Notes under the pieces: model-generated
Seen by the model: only the letters and a program-made list of their open reading frames with translations
Database searches by the model: none
What the model was told of the DNA's origin: nothing
Shown: positions 28,273 to 42,584 of the stretch, in pieces
Layout of the letters: every line of letters starts with the position of its first letter
How positions within the stretch are numbered: the stretch's first letter is position 1
Assembly (NCBI GenBank): GCA_951406725.2
Contig: OX597814.1
Location: 113,584,001 to 113,648,000 of the forward strand
Length of the DNA stretch: 64,000 nucleotides
DNA from: Octopus vulgaris
Taxonomy: Eukaryota
Direction of reading: 5' to 3'
Made by a program: the position numbers and the translations under genes

Positions 28273-28572
28273 CATTATTATTTAGTTGTTGTTGTTATTT
28301 CACTGCTACTTAATTTATCGACCCCGAAAGGATGAAAGGCAAAGTCGACCTATTTCTTTACTACCCACAAGGGGCTAATCACAGAGCGGACAAACAAAGA
28401 CAGACAAACGGATTAAGTCGATTACATCGACCCCAGTGCGTAACTGGTACTTAATTTATCGATGAAAGGCAAAGTCGACCTTGGTGGAATTTGAACACAG
28501 AGCGTAACGACAGATGAACTACCGCTAAGCATGTCGCCCGGCGTGCTAACGATTCGGCCAGTTCGCCGCCTT
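27672..28572. mobile_element. SINE cluster: family A (+, 27672-28072), family B (+, ~28075-28218), family B (-, ~28305-28572)
   Basis: Matches to the family A and B sequences elsewhere in the window, separated by (TTA)n tracts. Confidence 0.9.
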
Positions 28573-29879
28573 AATAATGATGCTGTTGTTGATGATGATG
28601 ATGATCATGATGATGATGATGACGACGATGACGGCGATAATAATAATGATAATAGCTTTGTTTATTATAACAAAAATATTCAGAACAAAAAGACAGCCTA
28701 CCTTTCGTTATCCATATTTGTTCATGTGTTTTCAAATTAATTCAACGTTATTGAATATTAAAAAGAACATCTAACGTATGACTAATTACATCAGAAGTTT
28801 TCTAAAGACCTGATAGAAATATTTAACTTCACATTACTTTTAGATTATTACTAATTAATCTATTCTTAATTACTATATCATAATATCACTTTTAACACTC
28901 TGAAATCTTATATCTATTCCATTCTTAACATTATTAACCCACGCGTGTTAGTTTCATTTTACATACCAGGCTTTCACGACACTTTCTTTCAACGACAAGT
29001 TTATTAAACCCATCCGATTACAATTCTCAGCGTCCTTCGGTCTCTACATTAATATTTAGGCATTATTCAACTGCTACATATCTGCACTAATGATTGAGAA
29101 CCCTGCTACCTCCCAGTCGAAATCTTGGCTACACCTATCATATCTATAGCAAACTATTTAGTGCGGTACCAATACAAAATACAAAATGGATTACTAATAG
29201 ATTATTATACACTCTTGACATTTACAATTATTGCTTTGAACTTTAACCTAACAAGGGTCAAGCTTTGGGAGAGAATCGAACTTACTAGTTTCATTGTTTA
29301 TTTAGCAATTTCATCAGAATCCATCATCTCCTACTCCTCCAGGTGTCCACCTTCTCCTACTCTCACCCTCTAAACCACGGGTAATTAAGGACTGGCCCAT
29401 TTACATAACTGGTACGAGACTTAACAACCAGACAATAATTACTGCTCGTGCCAGTTCTCCATGGTTGAACTGGATTCGCCTTTAAGCAAAACATGCACAT
29501 GTTTAGGGCGCCAAAGGAAAAGGAATTATGTTTCCTGTGCTGCATTTATCAAAGTGCATTGCAAATGTTCCACCTGGGTTAGGGACCATATCGAAAGAGA
29601 GGAACATTAAGAAGCAAACTAGAAATAATTATGGATTGAAGAATAAACTACGTTGATCTATGACTGGCTTCGTTTGTATTTTTCTCGTAAGTAGGGGAAT
29701 CAATTAGAGACATGTTTCCTTGTTGTCTTATTCTGACCTCGACATTGACGCATGGCCTTCTGTGTATTTGTTAATGATAAATAAATCCTTAAGTAAATGT
29801 ACAACATTGTTAAATTGAAATTAATCGTTTTTAACAGTGGAACTCCAAGTAGATAAACCTACAGATACAATTCTTTCTT

Positions 29880-30058
29880 CAAAAGCCACAAGGCCTGAAA
29901 TTTGGTGGTGGTGTGGGGATAAGTCGGTTACATCGATCCCAGTGCATCGACTCTGAAATGATGAAAGTCAAAGTCGACCTCGGTGGAATTTGAATGCAGA
30001 ACGTTAATGAGCTAAAAATTTTGTCTGGTGTGCAAAGATTCTTCAAGCTCGTCACCTT
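29880..30058 (-). mobile_element. SINE family B (diverged); other copies at 31957-32178 (-), 32617-32806 (+), 44150-44330 (-), 44345-44553 (-)
   Basis: gatgaaag.caaagtcgacctcgg.ggaatttgaa core. Confidence 0.82.
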
Positions 30059-30267
30059 GGAGATAAAGCTATGAACAATACCAAGTAGAATACTGGGCTA
30101 AAAAAAAACCTTGGATGGAAAAGCAGCCTTTCCCCTTTTTTCTATCCAACACAGGCATGCGCGCGCACACATGTGTAAATATTAAACCAATACATTTTGC
30201 ATTTTTTCAAAGGTGTCCCTTCTGTGCTGTCTTTTTTTTTTTTTGTTCTCATTGCCTGTGTCAGTGA

Positions 30268-30857
30268 AAGTGAGAGACAGGAACTCGCTGAAGGTAGTTG
30301 AAAATTTCAAATACCTTGGTGCGTGGACACAAAGTAGTGAAAAGACATCGTAGCAAGGAAAACTCATGCCTGGAGTGCATGCCATAAATTGAGAAAAGGT
30401 TTGGAGTTCAAAGTTAGCAAGGAAATTGAAAGTGAGGCTGTTTCTGGCAACAATGGAGTCTGTTCTTCTATACGGGGCTGAAATATGGACGCTCACTAAA
30501 GCATTGAAGAAGCAGTTGGACGGTTGTTATACAACGATGCTTAGAATGGCACTCAGTGTCTCTTGGAAGAGTCATACAACAAACGTCGACTTGTACCAGG
30601 GACTACATTGAAGATACAGCATAGAAGGATGAGGCTAGCTGGACACTGCATCGGACATACTGTTGAAACTGCTAACAAGCTAGGGCTCTGGAAGCCAACG
30701 GAAGGAAGAACCAAGAGAGGAATTTGGAAGACAACCTATATCGACAACTTGCTGGAGGAAACCTGTATGGAAGGGGTACATGAGCTGAGGATCATTATGG
30801 AAGATCGAGATGAGTGAGGAAAACGTGTGAAAACAGTCTTGGGGCGTCCTGAAGGAC

Positions 30858-30896
<39 letters not shown>

Positions 30897-30902
30897 GTAG
30901 AT
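30268..30902 (+). pseudogene. 5'-truncated RTE-clade LINE with an (AGAT)n tail
   Basis: Frameshifted pieces: VENFKYLGAW, LFLATMESVLLYGAEIWTLTK, DGCYTTMLRMAL, RRMRLAGHC, TTYIDNLLEET, followed by (AGAT)n. Confidence 0.9.
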
Positions 30903-32205
30903 GCCTTATATATGTATGAATGATTTATACATATATAAATGCACAGAGATTTAATTAAAATTTAATTATACTTTAAGATAATGCTATAGTAGAAAGCTTT
31001 AGTAGAAAACACTTGCTACGTAGTGGGACTGAAACCAAAACCTTGTGGTAGCCGTGGTAGCAAACCGAAATTCTTCAGCATACCGCCCAGGTCTACTCCT
31101 CCAACCTTTTATACAACCCAGGATGTCACACACTGTGTAACATTTACTATTTAACAACGTCGTTCTCTTTCCTAGAAGAGCTTTCTCTTCTCTTGACGAA
31201 CACCACATGGAGGTACCTGATCTGGTCGACAACAGACTAACAGCGCTGGAAAGGAAAAACAAATATGTTTATAAAACAAACATATTAATCTTAGATTGTT
31301 TTTCTTTTCTCGTCCTTTTTTTTTAATGTTGGCTTTTGTTTTTATTTTGGTAGTTAGTCAAGTAAAAAAAAAAGGAGAGAGTAAGAGTGTGGCTGGAAGG
31401 AAAGGATGAGGAGAAGGCGGAGGAGGTCATTGTTAATGAGGGGTTTATTTATTTTTTTTTTATCATTTTAACCTCGACTTTTGACATCGCTCCATCACCA
31501 GTGAAGAAAAAGAGAAAAGAACAACAACACTCTTTATAAGAAACATCAACACAACTAAAAGTACAAGTACAGCAACGCTACTGCTCCGTATCATCACACT
31601 TCCAACCACCACCACTACCACCACTACTGCCTCTACAACTCCTACTACTACTACCATTACTACTACTACTACTACTACTACAAATAATAATAATAATGAA
31701 GATGATGATGATAATAATGATAATGATCATCATCATCATCATTGTTCGACCGTGGTCGAGACTATCATAGTCTTTTCAAATGGCTAATAATGTGTGCGCG
31801 CGCCACTACTACACACATTGGAAAGCATTGTACAACCAAGTACTAAAGAAGATCTTTCCTCCTCCAATGTAACAAAGCTGTTCCCGCTGGACGTCAACCC
31901 AGTATTTCTAAGCTACGGACCATGATAATGATAATGATTATGATAATAATAATAATGATTTTGAATTTTGGTACAAGGCCAGCAAGTTCGGTGGTTGAGT
32001 AAAAGTCGATATTCGAGATTGATCCCCAGTGCTTAACTGGTACTTATTTTATCGATCCCGAAAGAATGAAAAACAAAGTGTCGACCTGGGCGGAATTTGA
32101 ACTCGGAACGTAAAAACGGATGAAATACTGCAAAGCATTTTCCATGGCGTGCTAACGACTCTGCTAGCTCGCCGCCTTAATAATAATAATAATAGTAACA
32201 ACAAC

Positions 32206-32239
<34 letters not shown>

Positions 32240-32998
32240 CTGAGACCCCCTTCGGTCATACTGACCATGGGATTGCACCTAGAAAGTTACCCTCACAGGC
32301 ACAAGTCCAGGCAAGGTTGTTTATGGAAGATCAGCAGTCGCCCATGCATACCGGCCTCTGCTCTCCACGCCATCAGTGTTGTCCAAGGGACTCATTTCTA
32401 CAGCTGAGTGAGCTGGAGCAACGTGAAATAAAGTGTCTTGCTCAAGAACACAAACACGCAGCCCGGTCCGGGATTCGAACTCGCAACCTCACAATCGTAA
32501 GCTCGACGCTCTAACCACTGAGCCATGCGCCTTCACATAATAATAATAATAATGATAATAATAATAATAATAATAAATAACCCATGGTAATTTTTGTTCG
32601 ATTATTTGTAATCTGAAGGCGGCAAGCAAGCTGACGGAATCGTTACCGTGCTGGACAAATCTTTCTGAGTCCAAATGCTGTCGTGGCTTCGACTTTCATC
32701 CGTTCGAGGTCCATAAAATAATTACCAATTGAGCACTGGGGTCGATATACTCGATTAGCCTCCTTTCCCAAATTTCAGGCCTTGTGCCAATAGTAGAAAG
32801 GATTATTTGTAAGGTGCTGTAGTTGGAGTTTCGTGGCCTCTAGACTTGCCAGACATAGCAGCCAAATCTCCCTCAAATCATAATTTGTATTGTTTTATAA
32901 AGGAAAATGATACACTGTGTCATGTAGTTCCTCATACGCAACAAAGGTGAGATAGTCACAGATGGAACGTCTTTCTTTACAGTTCTACTCGTTCTGGA

Positions 32999-33715
32999 TA
33001 CGAGGTCTGATTAATAAGTATCCGGGCTATTGCCATAGTAACAAAGCTAAACGCACACAGAGTGAAGCCGATTGGCACAGATTGACCTTGATCTCTGCAC
33101 CAAGTTTTAACGTTCTACCTCACTTCTGCTGTTTACAGCAGTGCTTGGAAGGAAAGTGTGTAGCGTGTGATCGCCGCATTGACCATGACAGAGAAAGTTG
33201 TCATGGCGACCCGAGAGATCCTCAACCAGCAGAACAGAGAAAAACATCGCAGATGTACGTACAGCTGTGAGAAGAAATCGTCAGATCACCATCCATGAGT
33301 TATCAGAAAATGTGAAGATTACGGTTCACTTCAGTCCATTATCACTAAAGATTATGAGGTGCGCGTCTGCCAGGTTCGTGCCTAAACTGCTTTTAGCTGA
33401 CCAAAAAGACACTCGGGTTTCAGTTTCACAAGATCTTGATTGTGATGAAAATTTTTTGAAAAATTTGCGCAGGCCTCTGAGCAGGTATCGCCAAGATTTT
33501 GGCAAAATTTGATACGGATTTTCTGCCCAACTTTCTCTGTCAACGTCAATGCGACCATCTCACGCCACACCTTCTTTCCAAGCACTGCTGTAAACAACGG
33601 AAGTGAGCTAGAACATTAAAAATTTGTGCACATGCACAGCAGAATTCAAGGTCAATCTGTGCCAAGCGGCTTCCCTTTTGTGTGCTTTAGCTTCGTTACT
33701 ACAGCGACTGGGCGC
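32999..33715. mobile_element. Mariner-derived palindromic element: two inverted 5' ends around a transposase HTH fragment
   Basis: TA-CGAGGTCTGATTAATAAGT end and ~190-bp inverted arms. + strand STSRTEKNIADVRTAVRRNRQITIHELSE; - strand TEKVGQKIRIKFCQNLG. A single arm recurs at ~53620-53835 (-). Confidence 0.85.
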
Positions 33716-34289
33716 TATACAGCAACTGCAGTGATCTAAAGAATTCTTTACATGATGGAATTGGTACGTAGTAATTGTGTCACTCTTAAATAATTAACAG
33801 ATGTGAAGTGTAATAATTAGTAACTGACCATAATTAGTGACTGACCCTCACTGTCGAGCCGCCATGCATATGCAGTGATTGGCTATCACTATCACCATCT
33901 GGAGAATGTTGTGGTTTAAGATCTAAAGTTTAAGAGCTGAAGAAAGTTTAGCGCCTGACAGCCTTTTCTTTGAAAGCTACAAATAAGTATGTAACGGTGT
34001 CTGTTAGTACCTCTTAGTTAACACAGCATATCTTAGCATACCAATGAAAACATCTTTTCTTGTGGACAAAACCACACCATTGTACCTATCAGCTCATGCT
34101 AATTATGACACACAGATGGTTCCTTTAATTTAATACTGTTTTAATTGCATATATTAAATTTCATTTAATTGCATATATCGAATTTCATTCAGCTCGACGG
34201 CTATCTGCAATATTAGAGAATGCATTATTCATTGTTCCCTTTATATCGGAATGAACAGTTGTCGTCTAGGCATGGGGCTAACAAGTACG

Positions 34290-34330
34290 CGTCATTGACG
34301 ATGCTCAAAAGAGCTGAAACGCGTCTGACG
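34290..34330 (+). ncRNA. Minimal type I hammerhead ribozyme motif (U3 variant)
   Basis: cgtca-TTGACGA-t-gctc-aaaa-gagc-t-GAA-ACGCGT-C-tgacg: 5-bp stem I, 4-bp stem II, palindromic stem III, GUC site. Confidence 0.7.
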
Positions 34331-34802
34331 TTCTCTTGGCTTACTGCAGGGAGACGTTCGTCTCATTCCTATATTGCTTTTTTTAATACAGCATGTCTAT
34401 GAAATGATTTTCTCTTAGACAAAAACCATACCACCATGCCTTGTCAAATGGTGCTAACATTTTGCCTGTCGAAAGCATTCTCATGTGTTTGTCGTTGCTT
34501 GTTTTCAGACTTTTAGTTTTAACCCTTCTTTCATACGTTCTGAGTCATATATATCTTTCTTTGCACAATTTCCAAGTTACTCTTGTGGGTGAAAAATATT
34601 ATGGATCTGCATCATATATGATGCATGGATGTCAGGGAAATATCTCTTGTGTATCACATGCGATGCACTGGACAAGCAAAGGGTGAAGTATATTACACGG
34701 GAGTGGCTTTGCTAATAAATAGTGATAATGCAGACACGGTTGCATATATAAAGATAGCTTAGCTACCTCGTAATTTCGAATTTAATCCCACTCTACAACT
34801 CG

Positions 34803-35030
34803 TGTAGAGTGGTTAGGGTGTTGGACTCGTGATCGTAAGACTGTGGTTTCGATTCCTGGACCAGGCGACGCGCTGTGTTCTTCACAAGGCACTTCATCTC
34901 ACATTGCTCCAGTCCACTCGTCTGAGTAATCCTGCGACGGACCGGCGTCCCATCCAGGTGGAAAATACATACGCCATGGAAACCGGGAAAACTGGCCCCA
35001 GCGAGACTATATGACACGGCAAGGATCTTT
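34803..35030 (+). mobile_element. tRNA-derived SINE (family C-type head, different body); diverged relative at ~25965-26195
   Basis: A/B boxes (agtggttagg..., gtttcgattcc), CORE-like segment, then cctgcgacggaccggcgtcccatccagg. Confidence 0.72.
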
Positions 35031-35864
35031 ATCCTATCCTATCTATTATCCTGCATCTCCCTGGACTAGTTTATCTACCAAAGCCTCAGGCCAAGCAGAA
35101 CTTTTGTATGTGAGAGTTGATGGAGAGAGAGAGAGAGAATGAAAGTGTGCAAAGGTTTGTCTAAAAGACTATTCGTGTTCAGCGGTGTTAGTCATAACCT
35201 GTCGCCAGTTTTAATATTACCAGCTGGTCTTTTGATGCTTTTAACAGAGTTCATACTGTTACAAGTATTCGGTAGGGTATCTAATCTGGTCGAAGAATGA
35301 TTTCGTTCTTGCTTCCCGCAAGTTTTATGGATCCTAAAAATGCTACAATTTCTGTACTTGCATTTTCTAACCGAATCATTTAAACAATGACCATCAGATG
35401 TCCTCTTCACGAAAAAAACCATTATTTCCTAGTGATTCTTTCAGTAAACTTACCAATCGTTTACTGTTAAGAACATTAAGGATTTTGGAAAACACAAGAG
35501 ATGTTTTGGGAGTTGAAAGTCAAAATCTGTTGATGTCATGTATCGAGTTTATCATTTATATATACATGTATATATATATTTATAAGTATATTTGTTATCG
35601 CTAGCGTACATACCCACATATACATGCCACCCCAATCGCTCAAACACACACATCTTTATTACTGGTGTCAAGCATTTCATAAATGAAAGCTGTCTAAATA
35701 TTGAAACTCATTAATCAGTCTTAATTGCCCTAATATCATTCAAATTTATATTTATAATTATATATGAAAGAACGCCCATACAAACAGAGACACACTCGCG
35801 CGTGCGCGCTGTATATGCGTGTGTAGAAATAAATACATAATTGGATTAACACATAAATATGGCA

Positions 35865-36250
35865 CAAAAGTGGCTGTAAGGTAAGAAGCTTGCTTCCCAA
35901 CCACATGGTTCCTGGTTCAGTCCCACTTGGGCAGTCTTTTTACTATAGCCTGGAGCCGACCAAAGCCTTGTGAGTGGATTTGATATATGGAAGCTGAAAG
36001 AAGCCCGTCGTATATATATATATGAGTGTGTGTGTGTGTGTGTGTATTTGTGTCTATGTTTGTTCCCACCCCACTATTGCTTAACTACCGATGTTGACAT
36101 GTTTACGGATCCATAACTTAACGGTTCGGCAAAAGAGACTGATAGAATAAGTACTAGGCTTATATACAATATGTGCTGGGGTCGATTTGTTCGACTAAAG
36201 GCAGTGCTCCAGCATGGCCGCAGTCAAATGACCGAAACAAGTACAAGGAA
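35865..36250 (+). mobile_element. Near full-length SINE family A
   Basis: Head, internal microsatellite and tail all present. Confidence 0.9.
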
Positions 36251-36375
36251 ATAAAAGAAATACATACACGAGTGAGCACATAAATGCAAAACAAGTTGGA
36301 AAAAATAATACTCGAATACCGAAGATAGAGCAATGTGTTTTTGTATTTAATATATATATATATATATATAAAGAA

Positions 36376-36570
36376 AATGGAACAAGAACTTAACAGGCGA
36401 CAACAAAACGTTCGGACATTTAGACGATACAAAGAAGGACACAAAACACAAGGACGGGGCGTTCGGAGCCTTCTATCGTCAGTCCAGTTCCAGATAGTCC
36501 CTGCAGCTTCGGCCGGTATCGTCTAACTGTCCGGATGTTTTGTTGTCGCCTGTTACGTTCTTGTTACATT
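36376..36570. mobile_element. Small inverted-repeat element in (TA)n, probably Penelope-derived
   Basis: 55-bp arms 36376-36430 / 36516-36570 (aacaagaac.taacaggcgacaacaaaac.t.cggaca.ttagacgatac). Confidence 0.65.
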
Positions 36571-36578
36571 ATTTGCTT

Positions 36579-36635
<57 letters not shown>

Positions 36636-36708
36636 TCGGGCTCAGCTCGAATAGCCCGAGTGTCAGAGTCGCCACTGCTATCTGTATATGCAATATATAT
36701 ATATATAA

Positions 36709-36759
<51 letters not shown>

Positions 36760-36852
36760 GTATGTATGTATATATATGTATGTATGTATGTATATGTATG
36801 TATATATATGTATATATATGTATATATGTATATATGTATATATATGTATATA

Positions 36853-37139
<287 letters not shown>

Positions 37140-37951
37140 GTATATATGTATATATATATATATACTCGGACTCAGCTCGAACAGCCCGAGTGCCAGAGTC
37201 CCCACTGCTATCTGTATATGCAATATATATATATATTGCGGCACTCAGGTTTTCAGGTTAGCCCGAGTATGAATCTAGTAAAGTGAACGTGCATTTGCAG
37301 GCTGATTTAATTTCTGCCAACACTGCCTTCAAGTATGTAATTGTAGCCATTAACTCTGGTTCCTTTTATCGAGCCTGGTCGCAGCCCATCTATTTTCGGT
37401 AAGCATCTGACAGTCGTCTTAGAGGTGACCTATGTCAAAAAATATCATTCGTAGTAGACGTTCTCTCGACGTCGTTTACATGCGCTTGACTCGGGCTCAT
37501 AATTTACCGCTCGAGTTATTATCTATAATCGTAAAAATTAAAAGTAATTCAATTTCAATGTTTTCTTGAAAATAATAAATTTCTATAGAGATTAGGATTT
37601 AAATACCAATCTATGAAAAGTTTCCGTTCTACGATATTCTTAAAAGAACGAAAAATTATCCAATAACACGGGTTAGTAACTGCCATTTCTTGTCAAGAGT
37701 ACAAGCAACAGTCAGAATCGGTGATGTTTGTTGTGCACTCCGCTGTCATTATTTGATACTGTTATTCTGTACGTCTGTGTAGTGTTTTGTAGTGTTTTGC
37801 AGGGTTGCTTTATTTTTATCCTTAACTTAGAAATGGATATAAAAAAAATAAGTCATTTGGGGCTAGAAATAAAGCGAAAAACGTGAAATTCTTTGAGCAG
37901 ACATGCGAAATCAGTGATGAACCCGAGTGTCGCTGATGACTTGGAGTCGGC

Positions 37952-37986
<35 letters not shown>

Positions 37987-38039
37987 CAGAGAGAGAGAGA
38001 GAGAGAAGAGAGGGGAGAGACCAAATGGTATGTACGCCG

Positions 38040-38097
<58 letters not shown>

Positions 38098-38461
38098 AAT
38101 ATTATATAAATTCCGTTCTGCCTGTCTGTGTGTGTGTCTTCTAGGATCTCGGGCATCCTCCCTCCGATTGCGCTCAAATTTGATATGTAGATACCGACGG
38201 TATCAGGGCGTGTATAAGTTTGAAAAAATTACAAAAATCGATTCCAGGTGAGAATGCGATCGATAAAGCTGTGGAAACGTGCATTTGTACCCGCAAGTAC
38301 ATCAGCTGTTGCGATCGATACTACGCGTACCCGAGAAAAATGCACGTGCAGTTTACGCAAAAAAAAGCCGGCTGGCTTGAAATAATGCCACAAAATGGGA
38401 CGGTCGGACAATTTGGACGTGGGTGGGGGCGTTTTGCTCGTGCATATATATATATATATAT

Positions 38462-38665
38462 ATTACGGAGGTGTACTTCACAGCAAGCGACCTGATCTGA
38501 GATCGTGTGCTGAAACAAAAGCAATTGCACAGCAGAGGGTGTTTATAAGCCATTTAAGAAACACACAGAAACCGCTAGATTCACTTCAACGTTTAAATGT
38601 AATTTATCAAAATATTTTCGTCGCTTTGAAACTGCGATCTCTTCACTTACAAAATTCCGTGCTGC
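38462..38665 (-). mobile_element. Family P2 Penelope-like element, single arm
   Basis: Aligns with 2743-3065 and 39344-39638. Confidence 0.8.
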
Positions 38666-38670
38666 ATATA

Positions 38671-38715
<45 letters not shown>

Positions 38716-38766
38716 ATATATATATATATACATGTATGTATATATATATGTGTGTGTGTGTGTGTA

Positions 38767-38830
<64 letters not shown>

Positions 38831-39272
38831 CACGTAAACGCGAGAGACAAGGTAAGAAAAATAGTACTCGAATGCCAAAAGTAGGGTATAATGCTTTTTT
38901 AAAAAGCAGCAAAATATTCTAAACAAAACAGCCCGACGGACGAGAACGTGAGTAACAGTTTTTGTGATATTTTTGCTGCTTGAGCGTTTTGTATCTAATT
39001 CTGGAAATTATGTTTCGTAAACGACAGACTATGCTGATGATCTTGCAGATATTTGCGTGTTCATATACGTAAACATTCACTTTTTTGCTGAGATTTTTCT
39101 TGAGAACACTTTCTTCGTGGTAATGGTGATTTGACGTCTATGTTTAGCATATAGGCTGTCCACTTTTAGTGGTCAGTCCTCTAAATTTTGTATGTAACAT
39201 AATTTTTTAAACTTCGGATTTTTTAAAATATGCTAAGCCACTGGTTTTAATTGAGTAATGTCAATTTCTACC

Positions 39273-39341
<69 letters not shown>

Positions 39342-39343
39342 TA

Positions 39344-39766
<423 letters not shown>

Positions 39767-39910
39767 GCTCAACCTGAAGTTATAGAAAATGGCACTCGGG
39801 AACGAACCTAGTACTTCGTGGTTGCGAAATGAACTTCTTAACCCCCTCACCCCATGTAAGACATTGTAAACAATGTATACAGAATACCATAGGAATAATA
39901 TAGGAATAAT

Positions 39911-39950
<40 letters not shown>

Positions 39951-40129
39951 GTTTATATATGACGGTCAAAATGAACGTACATTGTAGATGTGTAAGCGCA
40001 TTGTTTGTCATACCGCCGTTCTCTCCTTCCTCCAAATAAACGTTAGTAGTATGTGAGAATATGTCGGAATGCGGAAGGAATCTTTAAATACTTGTGTAAC
40101 AGAATAACTTAAAATTATATAACGAAGTA

Positions 40130-40520
40130 CTGAGTGCAGCCTAATGTACTAACTGCAACTTAATAATATAGTGTCAGTAATTTTATGAAGCGGTTTATGA
40201 AAGTTGTTTAATGATGCAACTGTAGCTTTGATGTTCCGACCGAATGCATTTTAATGGACTAACTACAGCTTAATGGACTCTTTGGGCACTGATGAACACT
40301 TTGGCTTTTATAGCTCGTACTGGTTCCAGTTTAATGAGCAAACTATATTTTAATGAACTGGCTGCCTTTTAATAGACTAATCGCAGACGAACGAGTGTAC
40401 TGACCGTTACTTTAATGGACTGACGGTAGATTCACAGGCTGCCTGGCTGGACTGGCCACATTTTAATTGACTAACTGCAGATTAATATATTGACTTCAGC
40501 TTAATGAGTTGATTGTAGCT
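40130..40520. repeat. Degenerate ~20-22-bp minisatellite (consensus ~tttaatggactaactgcagc)
   Basis: About a dozen recurrences of ttaat(g)..act.act in ~400 bp. Confidence 0.65.
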
Positions 40521-40879
40521 CAGGACTGTTTTTTCATAGAGAGTACGAGTCTCTTGGGATGGTTTGTAAATATGAAAAATGGGGTGTCAAAAATGCCATG
40601 CCATTTTGCTTAGCATGCTTATTGTAATTTGTCTAATAATCCATCACGCTCCAAAGGTCCCTGAATAAGGGTTGTTTAAGGATGTGAACAAAACACCCAT
40701 GTTTCCAGAGGTGAATTACTAAAAGTCCAAAGAATTCCTCTCAATACATGGCTATGATGCTCCCCCACTATTTCTGCTCGTGATCAGAGATGCACGTATC
40801 GTCAGCCACTAAGGTACATGCTCAACTGGTTAAGCAAACTGACAAGCAAATCTGTTGTATTGAGCAGAATATTTGCTTA

Positions 40880-41168
40880 TTGTTGTTGCTCTGAGATGTA
40901 CTACGGTATCAGCTGTTCACTACCAGTGAACTAAGGTAACACCTCTTATTTTTCGAGCACCTTCCGGAGTATTCGAGTGGTTCCAAGCATTGCTGTTTTC
41001 TGCAAGTGCTCCACCCTTATTGCAGCCCCTATTTGTTCCACGTACTCCTCGAGATTTTTGCTCACTGTTCCTAAGGCTCCGACAATTATGGGTACTACTG
41101 CTACCTTTTTCATCGACCACAAATGCTTAACTTCCCAAGCTAACCTGTCATATCTCTCGACTTTTCTA

Positions 41169-41170
<2 letters not shown>
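40880..41170 (-). pseudogene. 5'-truncated R4/Dong-type (REL endonuclease) non-LTR element abutting (TAA)n
   Basis: Minus strand reads KVERYDRLAWEVKHLWSMKKVAVVPIIVGALGTVSKNL...LQKTAMLGTTRILRKVLEK*, typical of an R4/Dong C-terminus. Confidence 0.85.
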
Positions 41171-41247
<77 letters not shown>

Positions 41248-41257
41248 TATATCTTTG

Positions 41258-41645
41258 AGGCAGCGAGCTGGCAGAATCGTTAGCACGCCGGACGAAACGC
41301 TCAGCAGTATTTCGTCTGTCGCTACGTTCTGAGTTCAAATTCCGCCGAGGTCCACTTTGCCTTTCATCTTTTCGGGGTCGATTAAATAAGTACCAGTTAC
41401 GCACTAGGGTCGATGTAATCGACTTAATCTGTTTGTATGTCCTTGTTTGTCCTCTCTTGTAGGTCGTAAAGAAATAGGTATTTCTCCCATCGCTGTGTTC
41501 TGAGTTCAAATTCCGCGGAGTTCGACTTTGCCTTTCATCCTTTCGGGGTCGATAAATTAAGTACCAGTCATGTACTGGGGTCGATGTGATCGACCTACGC
41601 CGCTCTCCACAAATTTCGGGCCTCGTGCCTATAGTAGAAAGGATT
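41258..41645 (+). mobile_element. Full-length dimeric SINE family B
   Basis: Same dimer layout as 24972-25366. Confidence 0.92.
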
Positions 41646-42584
41646 ATAATTATTAATATGTTTATTTTTATTATTTGTAAATTACACTTTTCTTTCTGCA
41701 TCGCCATTTCTGCCTGTTTAGTTATTTCCACGCCCCCCCACAAGCCCGTCTACAGACCTGGTTCTGTCTGGACACTGTAAAGACAATTTCACGCTCAAAC
41801 GGCGAGGAGGCTGTTTCAAACATAGCAATGTGCAGTTGACACGTTCGGCAACTTGACATAGATGTCTGTTTTTATATGATGTCAAACGTAACTTTTCTGT
41901 CGTGGTCTACTTAAACAAAAGTAAATCATTAAATGACAATAATTAAAAAGTAAATATCCGAATGAACTTAAAACTCTGTGACGTGAACCTTACAAATAGA
42001 AAATTTCGTTTCAATTTATTTAAATATTTCGGCATTTCAATAATTAAGTCCTGCTATATTTGATATGGAGACAAATTAATTGGAATCACATTAAATATAT
42101 TATATATATTCACTCACACATACACACACACACACATGTATGTATCATATGTCATTATTCAGTTTGTTTCATGATTTCTCAATAGAGAAAGAACCGGTTT
42201 CTAACCTAGATTCAAGGTTCCTTCATTGGAATTTCAACATCAACAAAAGGGTACTTTGTATGTATGCATGTATGTATGTATGTATGTATGTATGTATGTA
42301 TATACACACACATACATATTACATATGTGTATATGTATATCAGTATATATATGTATGATATACACACACACATATACACACGAGACTTAGTGGTTAGGGT
42401 ATGTATGTATACATGTATGTATGTACACACGTATGTATGTATGTGTATGCATGTATGTGTATGCTTATGTATGTATGTATGTATGTATGTATGTATGTAT
42501 GTATATGTGCAGATTTGTATTTTCTGCTTTATGTATGTATTCTCATGCATATAGTTGTATATTGTACACATGCTCATATATATT

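Noticed and set aside
29200-29560. Faint CR1-like 3' end on the minus strand (RKHNSFSF...SSN)
   Set aside because: Too degenerate to call confidently by eye.
32460-32536. tRNA-like sequences (also at ~7461, ~12105, ~34803)
   Set aside because: They have A/B boxes but no complete cloverleaf, and they continue into SINE bodies. They are SINE heads, not tRNA genes.
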